Positions 42,916-64,000 of a stretch of 64,000 nucleotides of DNA are shown piece by piece. Position 1 is the first letter of the stretch. Every line of letters begins with the position of its first letter. The stretch comes from Macrostomum lignano. Lineage: Eukaryota. The stretch is taken from NCBI GenBank assembly GCA_002269645.1, contig NIVC01001836.1:3749-67748 (forward strand). The letters are read 5' to 3'. The translations under genes and the position numbers were made by a program. The notes below the pieces were generated by a model that searched no databases, was not told the origin of the DNA, and worked only from the letters and a program-made list of their open reading frames with translations.

Positions 42916-43917
42916 CGCAGACACTGCCACCGTTCACAATGGCGCAGGCACTAAGTGAAAGAGGAACTACCACCATTCACCAAATCGGAGCTGGCGCAAC
43001 TTAAAACTATCGCGTTGCTCAATAACTACAGCTTGAATAGTCCGATTCTCTTTACGTTTATTCAGTGTAAAGTTGTTTTTTACTAAATAATAATTATTTG
43101 AAGTTTAAAGTCCGACTGAGGAAAGTGTTGTAACCGCCCAGGGCAGGGGGTTTTGGCCTCGGGATCCCCGATCATTGTGACGTGCCGCTGCCTCGTTTAG
43201 AGTGGGAAATTACAATGCTCATAAGGGTGGTGTCAGCCTTCATGGTCACTTTCAGCGGCCAGGGAGACCAGCAAAAGCACCTTTACATTGCCAGACGGGT
43301 TCCTTGCCTTAAGGCCCGAACACTGTCTTACAGGTCTGGACGGGTAGAGTAATCTAGAAATGAGTTTTTTTTGGAATTGCCAACATGACTAGTTAAAATA
43401 TTCTCTCATCTTGTCTGTGAGGCATTTTTTTAGAATTTACAATTTATGTAAAGCAGCTTCCTCGTGAAAAATCTTAAACTTAACGATATTTAATATTTTT
43501 TTTAAAAATTAGTGAGATCTTTTTGTTAAATTTTCCACTAGCGTTGCATGTACTTATCCCAGACTTCCGCATTTTGATTTGCTGCATGTATAAGGCGCGA
43601 AAGCATAGGAACTCGAATAACCTTCAAAAATTTGTTTCCAACGAACTCTCTAAGATTCTGCACCGCTTCGAATAGCAGAGGTGTACTAAATTTTTGCGGA
43701 TACGAGCGTAGTTGCTGTACATTTTAAAATGCTAAAACGGCCCTTTTTTAAGTGCTGCATTCTGTGCTCTTGTGAATCAAATCGTGTCAACATGGTGGCA
43801 ATCAAGCACCAACTGTCTCAGCAAGTACAAGTCGATTCAGTTTTCTCAGTTGTGCTCGGTTTTCATTCGCAAACTGCTTTGTGCTTTACTTTTCGTACTT
43901 TATTACTTTACTTTAAA

Positions 43918-44760
43918 ACAACAACAACAACAACAAAATACGCGGCACTGCGAGCAAAGGTCACAGTCCACGTACCGACGGGTTCGGGCCTGACCCCGCC
44001 TGAACGGACCCTGCAAGGTGAGCAGCAGGACGTCCTGAACAGGTTGGGGCAGTAGCCCTCGGCCCGGATCACGTGGCCCGCCAGTTGAAGTCGCCGCCGG
44101 CGCAGGATGGTCCTAGCTTGGCCCGATCGTACAGGGCCTCGGTCCCGATGCTCTCGTCAGCTCGAAAGGCCGCACGGAGCAGTCCTGAGTGTGCCGAGTC
44201 CAGCTGCCGCTCTAGGGGTAGCCGTCAGCGTCCACGTCTCGGCTTTGTATAGCAGGACGGTTTCGACCACCGACTGCCACAGCCGAGCCCTCTGGCGGTC
44301 GGGCAGCGCTTCGGACTGGAGGACGGCTCGGATCCAACGAAAGGCCGCCCAGGCAAGTCCTCTGCGCCGTCGGAGGTCCTCTTCCACGTGGGGCACCAGA
44401 CCACCGAGGTAGTGAACCGCTGGCAGCGTGCAAGCTTGGTCGTCTGCCCGTCTGCGCCGCGGCACGTCAAGTCCGCTGGGATGTTGGCCGGCACAGTCAG
44501 CACCTCGGTCTTCAGCGTGTTGACGATCAGACCAACGCTTGATGCCACCTCGACCAGCCTGTCGATCTGGCGCTGGGTGCCTTCAACGGACGAGGACAGG
44601 AGGGCGAGGTCGTCGGCGTAGCCAAGCGCACGCTTAGGCGCTTTTCGCCGTGGCGGCGACCGATGCGTCTGCGCAGCAGGAAGCCGTCGTCAGCCGAGGG
44701 GAGTGCGGTCCGAAGCACCCAGTCCAGCAGCAGCACGAAGAGGAACGGCGCTAGCGTGTC
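43918..44760 (-). mobile_element. 5'-truncated RTE-clade non-LTR retrotransposon with (GTT)n tail
   Basis: DTLAPFLFVLLLDWVLRT, LGYADDLAL, LWQSVVETVLLYKAETWTLT, RRRRLQLAGHVIR; AACAACAAC at 43918-43938 is the 3' tail. Confidence 0.88.
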
Positions 44761-44774
44761 GTAAAGTAACTTTA

Positions 44775-45470
44775 CTTTATTACTTTATCCCCCCAGATAC
44801 AACGTTTATATGCTACACCAGTGACTTTGAAAATGAACTATATGAGTGCTTGAATATAGCTTTTGGCAGCCCATTTGGGCCTACTCGCGTTGAATTTGAT
44901 CCAAGATACGTTTTCCAATGTAACGGAGCTTTTGTCTATGGTAGCAAGGCTGGCACCGCGGTATTTAATTTGGTTCAACAAGCATCAATTTTGTCCAAAC
45001 GTCCGTGAGCCATTCGGCAAACTCTTGCCTTCTCGCAACCGTCTGCAGGTTGTTGCGTACCGCGGGAATGTCAGCGTCTCTACCAGCAATTTTCAGTCGC
45101 CTTTCCAAGCTCTACTGATATTCCAAATCTGATAACCAACTGGAATTGTTCCTTCAACTTCTGCTGCATTTTCTGCACCGTCAACAAAGGGTTCGTCTCA
45201 ACTGCATCGAGTAGCAGTTGGACCTGAGGCTCTCGCAACTTGCCTTGGCAATTGCCACCCTGTCACTGGCGACCTCTGCCGGCAGTGGTTTCAACGCGCT
45301 GATGGATGCTGTAAACCATCTTTTTTACATTCAGCAACCTTGTAATGTCCTTTGGGTGTTCACCTCTGTCGAGTGCTTTGATCTCAAGCCAATGACATTC
45401 GTTTGACAGCCCAGCGTATGGTCCACAATTCTGGGGCTGATCTTGATCCTCCGTAACAGTTGCAAATGAA
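44775..45470 (+). pseudogene. Possible decayed divergent receptor gene fragment (ionotropic-receptor-like?)
   Basis: Several short protein-like frames broken by stops and frameshifts, ending ...FDLKPMTFV*QPSVWSTILGLILIL, which weakly resembles the S1-to-M1 transition of IR/iGluR proteins. Weak by-eye match. Confidence 0.25.
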
Positions 45471-45723
45471 GCTATGGACCAAATTGATGCATGTTCGACC
45501 AAGTTAAATGCCGCTGTGCCAGCCTTGCTACCATAGACAAAAGCTCCACTTCATTGGCAAACGTATCTTGGATTAAATTAAACGCACGTAAGCCCAAAAA
45601 GGCTGCCAAAAGCTAAATTAAAATTAGTTAAATTTGTTGCCCTTGGTTTGGACCATAGACTACTGAGAAATCTATCTTTTAGCGCTGGGTTTCACCACTG
45701 ATTATTAAATTGCTTGCTCGTAG

Positions 45724-46150
45724 TATAGCTTTTGTCATGCTATCTCAGCCTAGGGACATCCAAACTCAGCCAGCCCCATTCCGCAATGCGTTTTTTGGCT
45801 CGAGCTAGTCGAGTTTTACCATAGACATGCTTCTTAAGGCCATGCTATCTCAGCCTGGGACATGCAATCTCAGCCAATATAGATTTCAATTGCAAACAGA
45901 TCTCAATGCTATCATTTCTGTAACGTGACATGAAATGGCAACAAACAGCAGTGAATGAACGCAGCAAGAAAAGTCAGTAAGAATCTGAAAAGTGGCTGAG
46001 ATTGCATGTCCCAGGCTGAGATAGCATGGCCTTAAGAAGCATGTCTATGGTAAAACTTGACATGGTAAAAATGGTAAAAAAATCGCTCTGTTGAGATGGG
46101 CTGGCTGAGTTTGGATGTCTCTAGGCTGAGATAGCATGACAAATACTATA
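45724..46150. mobile_element. Palindromic MITE with two nested pairs of inverted repeats
   Basis: 45724-45780 is the reverse complement of 46095-46150, and 45810-45875 of 45990-46058; TA at both ends. Confidence 0.8.
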
Positions 46151-47269
46151 TCAGATTACATGCAAAAAGGTGTATATTAATCCCCATTTCTCTTCTGTCA
46201 AGAGCCAAGGATTCGAATTTGCTTCTGGTCTTTGCCTGGGCCAAGAGACGAATCCGCAGCCTCGTCGGACTTTCTTTTCCATAGAACAATTTATTAGCGG
46301 GTGTGATACTACACTTCTACACTAGCGCTCGTAAGACGCTATTTTAGAACGTATCTCATTGTTACATCTCAACTAATGGCTTTAGCATATAGGTTTATTT
46401 TAGTTCCATGTTGCTACTGATGTATAATGTGCGGCGAGAGTAAAAAGAAGCTTAGAATTCTTAAACGGTATAGAGACGAGGGAAGATAGAAGCACTGTGG
46501 CAAAAGTCGAAGATAGAATTACAGCGCGCGCGCTATTCCTGAGCAGAGCAGTCAGAGCACAGAGCACAAGAAGAATAGCGCTAGCCAAGCCTTTAGTCTC
46601 TCACTCTCTCTCACTAAGTCTGCACCAGCAGCCAATTAGAAATATATCAGCTGGCGCAGACGCTCCAACTATATATTTTGCTTGTTTCGTACTGCACGGA
46701 CATTTTCAACCTCAGTTAAGCTCTAACTGAAGCTCGAATTGAAACGCGTGTGGTTGGCTTAGCTATTGTTGGAATTGAAGCAAATAAACTGAAAACATTT
46801 ATCATGAAAGCCTCACTTTGTAAAGTTGTTTTAATCGCTTGGATGATGCTTCCATTAATCTGCGAATCGTAAGTCTCTCGGTGTTTTGTGTGTTTTTTGT
46901 ATACTTAATAACAGATTGCACATAATTTGTTACTTACCTAGATATTACACCATTTTACGCTCGATTTTGAACAAGGAGAACTTCGAAACCGACAAACTCC
47001 TCTTCAATATTGACACTCTATGGTCGGGCACTCTAAATCTACAAGCTTCAATTTTGACCAACTCTGGTTCAATTTTGACAAAACACATTTAGTCAGCTTG
47101 TCCTTGGAGAAATCGGTAACACAGTAATCGGTAACAAAGTAATGGTCCAATGCATGATTGTCACACGCTTCGTGAGTGGCTTGATCAATAGGACAATAAT
47201 ATGTCCTATTGATCAAGGGGGGGACCCAATTAGGGGGGGGGGACTGACAATGTTTTGTTGCGCCAGAAA

Positions 47270-48290
47270 CAAAGCAACGAAATTCAAGAACACCGGCAAA
47301 TTTTTTGTTGCGCACTTTCTCAGACAAGAACCAAGTCGCCAGCCCTCTGGGTGTTGAGATATCCAACGATACACCCCTGTGCGCCAATCAGCACTGCGCC
47401 TCAGTGCAGCCTTGCCAAGCCTCCAAATTTCACCAGCACGTCGACCACATGTGTCTGTATCAGCTCTGACTTCGTTGGTCACACTCTTTCATCCAGGCGG
47501 AACTTCTGGAACTTCAACAGTTGGCACCAGGTGACCATAGACTTGACTTAGCTGCAGGGAGTTCCGGGCATCCGGATGCAGCGAGGAGGAGTTGCCGCCC
47601 CATTCCTCTAACCCCTGGCGATCACGGGCAGCTAGTGCTGCGGTGTCGCGCAGGGAGTTCCGGTGGTGCCGGTGTCCCGCAGCGCGGTCCCCCTTCGGAA
47701 AGTCCAGTAGGTGTATGGTCGCTCGCCCGGTAGCCCTTAGGTAGCGGACGAGCTGGCAGAGATTCTCGGGCCTGAAAACGTCGGAGAGGTCCGGGTTTGG
47801 GCCGAGGTAGGTGAGCCTGTCCTGAGTAAAGGCGGGGCATTCACAGATAAAGTGCTCCGCATTCTCGACACCGGAGAGGCAGAATGGACATTCCTCACTG
47901 CGGATTTAACCCTGGAGGTGACGATGCCTGGCAAAACAGCCATTCCCCGAGAGGGCCATGGTCACCACCCTGATGTCCCTGCGGTTGAGTTCAAGCAGGG
48001 CTATGCGCAGGGCGAAGGAAGGACAGGGGACAGCGGTGCGGGATTGCCGGCAGTCGAGGGCGTTAGCCCACCTTTCCCTGTGCAGGTGATTATAGACACC
48101 CTGATGCGAATTTCTCGAGTTTCGCTGATCCAGCCTCAACTTCTGGGCATCATCAACTAGTCCCTCAAGCATTCCGTCATCATTCCGTCAGGCATTCCTT
48201 CAGAATTGTTGAATTGTTCCAGCATGATGGCGACTTGATTCGTTTTTGAGAAGCTGGCCAACAAACAAGTTAGCCCCGTGTTCTGGAATT
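47270..48290 (-). mobile_element. Heavily decayed element, possibly DIRS-like (gag-like piece plus N-terminus of a tyrosine recombinase)
   Basis: Stop-ridden frame ...SQS.YRHMWSTCW...AHRGVSLDISTPRGLATWFL resembles the T...Y...W..F..WC..RG..P....V..FL motif. No RT seen. Confidence 0.3.
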
Positions 48291-48453
48291 TCGTGAGCCT
48301 GAGTTGCTCCATTCTTGGTACGAGCTAGTTCTACTGTCAACAGATACATGCAGATGTTCAGAAAGAAGAGATTAAGTTAATCGTATCGAGTGAAGAGGTT
48401 CTCAGTAACTACTTCCACATTTCGTTTCCTCCGATCCCAAAGTTCGCCACCAG

Positions 48454-58153
<9,700 letters not shown>

Positions 58154-58212
58154 TCATGACCATGACAGTAGAAGTCATTTAATTATCGTTTCTTGTTAAC
58201 TGTCTAGTTATT

Positions 58213-58258
58213 GGGAGTTGTAGCCAAGTGGTCAGAGCTTCGGACTCAGGACTTGAAA
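58213..58258 (+). mobile_element. 5' fragment of the tRNA-derived SINE
   Basis: GTTGTAGCCAAGTGGTCAGAGCTTCGGACTCAGGACTTGAA matches the head at 19808. Confidence 0.55.
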
Positions 58259-59103
58259 CTGTCATTGAAACTGTCATTGTGTAACTGTCAGCATGGACGA
58301 TTAGCGAAATCAATCAGAACACACAAAGCTGGTTTTGAACTTTGAACTCTGCAAAGCTAAGACAATATTTTACTAGAACTTCAAATGGTATGTCCTAGAA
58401 ATTCTCAATCTTGAATTGAAGCGCACTTTAGCAAAACTATAAACTGGTGTGCAAAACAATGAGGACTGCGAGACATTGGTTGTGCGCATTTAATAATAAC
58501 AATAAAAACGTGTACATGTACTTCACAAAATTGCGCATGCCAATAGCATACCGCTAATAATTGATTCCTGTTCTTTCATACTGGTGTGTAAAATCAATTC
58601 TCCTTAAAGGAATTCTAGTGTTAAATTAGCAAGTTTTTGAATCAAATCAATATTATTTTTCCTGAATCGTTACTTTTGTACCCCATAAGCATATCTTTTC
58701 GTATTTTAATTGATTGTTTATATTTATTTATAACTGTGACTCACAATTCACAAAATTAAGCAAATTGTAATAACTGGGAAAATATGTCTTTTAATTGTTA
58801 TCGTAATAAGCACTTTTTGTTGATTTCAAGGCACTTTTGCCGAAAAATGACTTCACCAAAATAGACAAATTTCGGTATGAGTATGCGAAAAAATGATGAC
58901 TGGCATTGCGAATGAGCTCTATAGTGAAGAAACCAATCAGGGCGTGCAGTTAATATAGTGGATTGTTGTTGTTACATTCACCAAGTCCAAAACCCGCGAG
59001 CTTTGTTATAATATTGTTGCGTACTTAAGTACACTTGAACTTTTAGTCTACAGTACTTAAACCATTGTTATACGTGGAAATAATCTATAACTGATGAGTT
59101 CTC

Positions 59104-59930
59104 TTAGATGCGCTTGAATCTTCCGAGGATTTTGTGGCAATTCGGGCACCTGTGCAACACATCTTTGCAGCCGTCGATGCAGAACGGGATCAGGCAGCAG
59201 CCGAGAAATCCTCCCAGAAGACAGATGGAGCCGCACAGCAGCCAGGTAAGAATGCCGCTCTCGTAGCCGAGCTGAGTCACCACAGCTTGCTGGCAGAACT
59301 GGCAGGTCACCGCTTGAGGCAGCGCCTGCAGCAGCACTGGGCGCGGGCCGGGAGTGCCGTAATTGGCCGCAAATCCGGGAGGCGCTGCGTGATAATTTTC
59401 CGGGTTTATTCGCTTAAGTTAACTTTTTAAAACAGATTGTTGTTAAACTGATTGATAAATTTATCTGCGATTAAAATAGTCCCATTTAAACTTAGTTCGC
59501 ATGAGAGGTAATCCTTTTTGGATTGAAACTACGAGAGTAAATTACCGTGTCGTGATAATAACACCGGAATTTTTCGCTAATAACCTAGAAGCTAAGAATT
59601 CCGCCATGTACTTATGACAAGGAGACGTAGGTTTTTGAAGTTTTGAAGGCTTTTTTGTACATGTAATTCTAAAAAGTGAAAGTTAAACTCACGCTGATTT
59701 GGATAGGGAGCCGGAGGCGGATACTGCGGTTGGTACTGCTGCTGCTGTGGGTATTGCTGCGGGTATTGCTGTGGGTATTGCTGCTGCGGTTGCTGCTGCT
59801 GCGGCGGGTATTGCTGTGGTGGGTATTTAGGCTCGCCAGTGAGTTGGCCGGTCCCGCTGGCACCATCAGCATTGCCGGAGTACGGTGGCGGAGCTTCGTT
59901 GGGTGGATAAATTGGCTCCTTCTCGCTCAT
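59104..59930 (-). CDS. LITAF: LITAF-domain protein (LITAF/CDIP1 family), 2 coding exons 59930-59693 and 59384-59104, ~172 aa
   Basis: Pro/Gln/Tyr-rich N-terminus with PPPY; CQFC ... hydrophobic GCCLIPF ... HRCPNC; phase-1 GTGAGT...GCAG intron. Confidence 0.92.
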
Positions 59931-60519
59931 GCCTGCAGTCTGTCACCTTGGAAACGAGGGAAAATTTGAAATGGTTTTAATAGCTTAAAACTGGTTTTAA
60001 CTGAAAGTTAGAAAGAACGTCCACCCGTGCATGTGTGTGTCAAATACTCGTATTTATAAATAAATTTCCACTGTACTATGGTCAAATCTTATCAGAAAGA
60101 TTTTTCTGCACATTTTAATTCAGCTATAAGTGCAAGTGGAATCTTGGCAAAATTCTGTAGCTCCGCGCATATCGATGCGTCATCGGTCTGCAATAGAGAT
60201 TTAATTGTGATTAATTCACTGCCTTACTGCTGTCTGAGTCACGTGAGTGTTTATAGTTTAGCTAATTATAGAAAGTTTCTAAAGGAGAGTTATATGTACA
60301 TGCACCACCCAATTTTGACGTTGACGCGAGCGCGGAATTAACTTGTACTGCATATGGGTGACGCGCCCCCTTCTACAAGCACCTGGTACAGCTGGATTTA
60401 TTAGATTTTTTATTTACGAGTAACTTGTATGTAAATCCAATTAATCTGTTTTTAAGCTACTTTCTTCATGAGAACCAATCTACTGCTTTATGATAATCAA
60501 TGAACAGCTTCAGGGTCTT

Positions 60520-61030
60520 CAAACAAGAGCTTTAGATTCTTCATCTAGAGCTTCAGGGCTCAATAAAGAGCGCTTCAGGGTTCAATTTACAGCTTGATGA
60601 TAATCAATGACAGCTTAATGGTCCTCAATCTAGAGCTTCAGGATCCTCCGTCTAGAGCTTCAGTTCTGAATCTAGAGCTTCAGTGTCCTAAATTTAGAGC
60701 AACAGGATCCACCATCTAGAGCTTCAGGATCCTCCATCTAGCTGAGCTTCAAGATCCTCCATCTCTAGAGCTTCAGGATCCTCTACAGCTTCAGCTGGGG
60801 CTCAATCAAGAGCTTCAGGGTCCTAAATTTAGAGCATCAGGATCCATCATCTAGAGCTTCAGGATCCCCAATCTAGAGCTTCAGGATCCTCCATCTAGAG
60901 CTTCAAGATCCTCCATCTCTAGAGCTTCAGGATCCTCTAGAGATTCAGCTGGGGCTCAATCAAGAGCTTCAGGGTCCTTAATCTAAAGCTTCAGGATCCT
61001 CAAGGATCTAGAGCTTCAGGGGTTCTCAAT
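60520..61030. repeat. Degenerate minisatellite built on CTAGAGCTTCAGGATCCTCCAT
   Basis: Imperfect repeats with a ~190-bp higher-order duplication. Confidence 0.8.
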
Positions 61031-62104
61031 CTATACTTTAAGACAATTCAGCCCCATATTGATCAACATTCGTCTTCCTGTTCCACAATTTAAGACTTTA
61101 GTCTAACAGCTGAATTTTCACAAAGAAGTTAGGGCACGAATGGTAGAATATTAAGAGCACACATTCTAACAAACATTCAGCAACAGCAAAGGCAACTTAC
61201 TCACTCGCGAAGCTGAATAATAAACCTTGCACTTGGTCTATCTGATTTTTTGGCCTGTTTTGTGCGCTTGGGCTCCGGTTGGAAATCGATTTTTTACCGC
61301 GGAGATTAACTTTTGTAGAGAAATTTTTGCTTTAAAGCATGCGTGCACGATTCTAGAACGCTAGCTAATGTTGCTAACGAATAAAATGTGCTTTCTGGGT
61401 CAGAGGAGGAACATGCAAGTCAGATAAGACGCATGCAGTTGGTTGTAGCTGTTAGCTGTTATGAAAATCTGTATGTACATTCCAGAATTCGGGTAGGAGA
61501 GAGAAGGGAGAGAAATCGTGGTAGCCGGGGGACGGCGATTTCGCAGTGTTTCTGCACAGTCGATTGTCAGGAAAGTGTATACACTTGTAGACGCAAGAGA
61601 GAGAGATTATTAAAGAGAGACTATTTACCACCTGCACGCAGAACGTTCTGCAATTCAAGACATTGCTCGCAGTTGTGCATTTGGAAACGCTACAGATTGT
61701 ATAAATCTGCATTGGAATATGCAGTCACATGTATATGCTTACTTGCATGATTATAGATGATTGTTTCTAAATAAAACCAGTTTGCTAGTTTACACGCAGT
61801 TCCAATTTTTACTTGAATAGGAAATGACTATGCGGACGGCGGAAAATGTCCTAATTGTACGTTAACAACGTTCAGAACAATAGCCTTTCAACTGTTCTAC
61901 GTGTAAATGTTTTTATTATATCCCTTTTGGCCACGCCGAATAAGTCTACGGTCCAATGTAAAAAACGTTTATCTGGCCCGGCCAAATAAACGATCCAAAT
62001 AAATAAGACAACGAATAAGCAGCAGAAAAGTAATCAAACAAGTTTATGCAATAGATTATAATGTTGTACAATAGCTAACGGTTACGAGTATTCAACAACT
62101 AATT

Positions 62105-62735
62105 ACAACTCCGAACCATCGCGTAGTGCGAAATATTTTCCCACACCCCAAATCGCGGAACTCACCAGTTGTCGTGGACTATCACTACCAAGCACACCTT
62201 AGACCAGAGCTTCTCTTCGATGCTAGATTCCTTTCCGTCACGGGTACTCATCTTCATCGAAGCATCCAGCGTACGTCGGCTCTCATTGAATTCCACGTCC
62301 TTCCAGAGGCTCCATGGCTTTCCGCATTCGTTGACCAAGTAGTATTGCAACATGCTGAAAAAACCCTTCAATGTAGGAGCGCCATAGCGATCACCACGCT
62401 TATTTCGTATCTCTAAGACAAACCACTTAGGAACGTAGTTGAGATCGTGCTTGCTAATATCGGATAGATCGGCCAACACCATCAAACTCGGTCCTGCCTT
62501 AGCCCATTGAGTCTTCTTCCTTTCGTGCCACGATCGAAAGATTTCTAGCATCCACTTACACTTCTTCGTTTAGCTTCTGGCACTACAGACGCAATTATTT
62601 CGTTGAGTCTCTGCTCATCTTCGTTGTAATCGGTTGCGGGAGCCAGTGGCAAGGCACTCAAGACTGCTTCGACTTCAGCAAGACTAAGTGATTCAAAACA
62701 GACGCTGTCAATATCATTCAAGTTGAAACTAACGC
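62105..62735 (-). mobile_element. Crypton (tyrosine-recombinase DNA transposon) fragment, frameshifted and 3'-truncated
   Basis: VPE..RKKCKWMLEIFRSW, FVLEIRNKRGDRY..TL...LQYYL, F..SRRTLDASMK, EEKLWS.GVLGSDSPRQL...GKYFALRDGSE: the pattern of Crypton and the DUF3504 (ZMYM/KCTD1-type) domain. Confidence 0.8.
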
Positions 62736-62894
62736 GAAAGTGTCACATAGTAAAATTAAAGAAATTAGGTAGACCACAACCACTCAATTTGAAACACCAA
62801 ACACGGTCGTTTTCGTAAACTGCATCAAATCAACATTTGTCTATGGTTAAAGTGTACAGTGTTATAGTTTGGCTAAACAGCCGGGGTATAAATA

Positions 62895-63670
62895 TACCTT
62901 TTAACAGTGTTGTTGGGCATAAGTGAAATTTATCTAGTCCAAGTGCTCCTACCACTGAGCGAAGTGAGTTTGATTTAGTCGCTTCAATTAGCTTGCAGCC
63001 ATAGACGGTGAATTCAATATAGTCGTTTTTAGCGCGCGCAACGAGATCGTGACTTTTATTTAGTCAAAGTGAAATGAATATGGTCAACGAGATCGTAAAC
63101 TTTCAAAAAGGCGCAAAAACACATAAGATGTCTCCGCATGTCTTGTAGTGTCGCAGCTGGCGTGTCCGCCACAAATCCCACGAGAGCCTCGATCATCTCA
63201 TCACTCAGAGCTTTCGGCTTGTTGCCTCCTCGCTTTTCCGCCTCGACACGACCAGTTCGCTCAAACTTAACGATAACATTCCTTGCAGACTGGCGCGGTA
63301 TGTTGAGCTGTTTTGCCAGATTGAGCCAGTCCTCGTTGAGAACAAAGGCATTGACCAGCCTTCGCCTGTCTTGCTGCGAAACAGCGACTCGTCTCTGTGC
63401 TGCTGGAGCCTCCATGGAAAGAATTCTATGATTCAGCAAATTCTATAGCCAAACAAGAACTCTAAGCGGACTAAATAAATTTCACTACGACTAACTTTAA
63501 GTCACGGTAAGCTCAGCGCTAAGCAAGAGCGACCAAATATATTTCACTTTTCATCAATCGTCTATGGCCAAAATCAACAGCTAGACTAAATCAAAACTCA
63601 CTTCACTCAGTGGTAGGAACACTTGGACTAAATAAATTTCACTTATGCCCAACAACACTGTTAAAAGGTA
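62895..63670 (-). mobile_element. Internally deleted Tc1/mariner-IS630 element with ~90-bp TIRs, retaining the paired-like HTH region (63056-63439)
   Basis: 62895-62985 is the reverse complement of 63580-63670; TA flanks on both sides; ORF DRRRLV..AKQLNIPRQSARNVI.KF..TG....RGGNKPK.L with no DDE domain. Confidence 0.88.
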
Positions 63671-64000
63671 TATATTATTTCCGTTCATTTTAGTCTATGG
63701 TCTGAAACAAAAGCTTCGGACTCGCTTGCAGGCCTTGGCTTCGCCTCGGCCAAGAAACGAATCCTTTGCATTTGCTTCAGATCAAAAGAAATAAAAATAA
63801 ACGGAAATAACTTTTATATGCATCTGTGTTCATGTAGATGTACAACAAGTAGCATCCTCGCGGCCGTTCAATTCGAGTGCAAGGCCAAAGTACGCATACC
63901 GAAGCAGAACATCTAGAAACATTGGAGTAAAATATTAAGCACATGTACAGTACATGTAAGTAATGTTGGAGGATCTCTATATGATGTAGCGACTTTCCTT

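Noticed and set aside
46400-46588. Signal-peptide-like ORF as the first exon of paralogue 3
   Set aside because: It is on the opposite strand.

Overview
Repeat-rich genomic DNA from a eukaryote, most likely an invertebrate animal. The GT-AG spliced genes and the transposon mix resemble a free-living flatworm, but that taxon is only a guess. I found no rRNA, bona fide tRNA or CRISPR array. Host genes: (i) three tandem, highly diverged + strand paralogues (~9.4/17.0-21.9 kb, 27.1-42.9 kb, 48.5-58.2 kb) that I rebuilt by hand from phase-compatible exons; each appears to encode a CUB-like domain, a degenerate C-type-lectin-like domain and one TM helix; (ii) a two-exon LITAF-domain gene on the - strand (59.1-59.9 kb). 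Almost every intron holds a different minisatellite or transposon: hAT MITEs, a foldback element, RTE, Gypsy, mariner, Tc1, Crypton and a tRNA/CORE SINE. The most striking structure is a Penelope-like retroelement (PLE) embedded in (GATA)n, with a dead SGNH-like domain plus RT but no GIY-YIG. It is preceded by a tandem array of a 272-bp unit. The same unit reappears without the PLE as a second array between two kb-long (TATC)n tracts, with an identical 3' junction. This suggests a microsatellite-targeted retro-satellite that may also amplify the microsatellite. All coordinates and alignments were read by eye, with no database searches.
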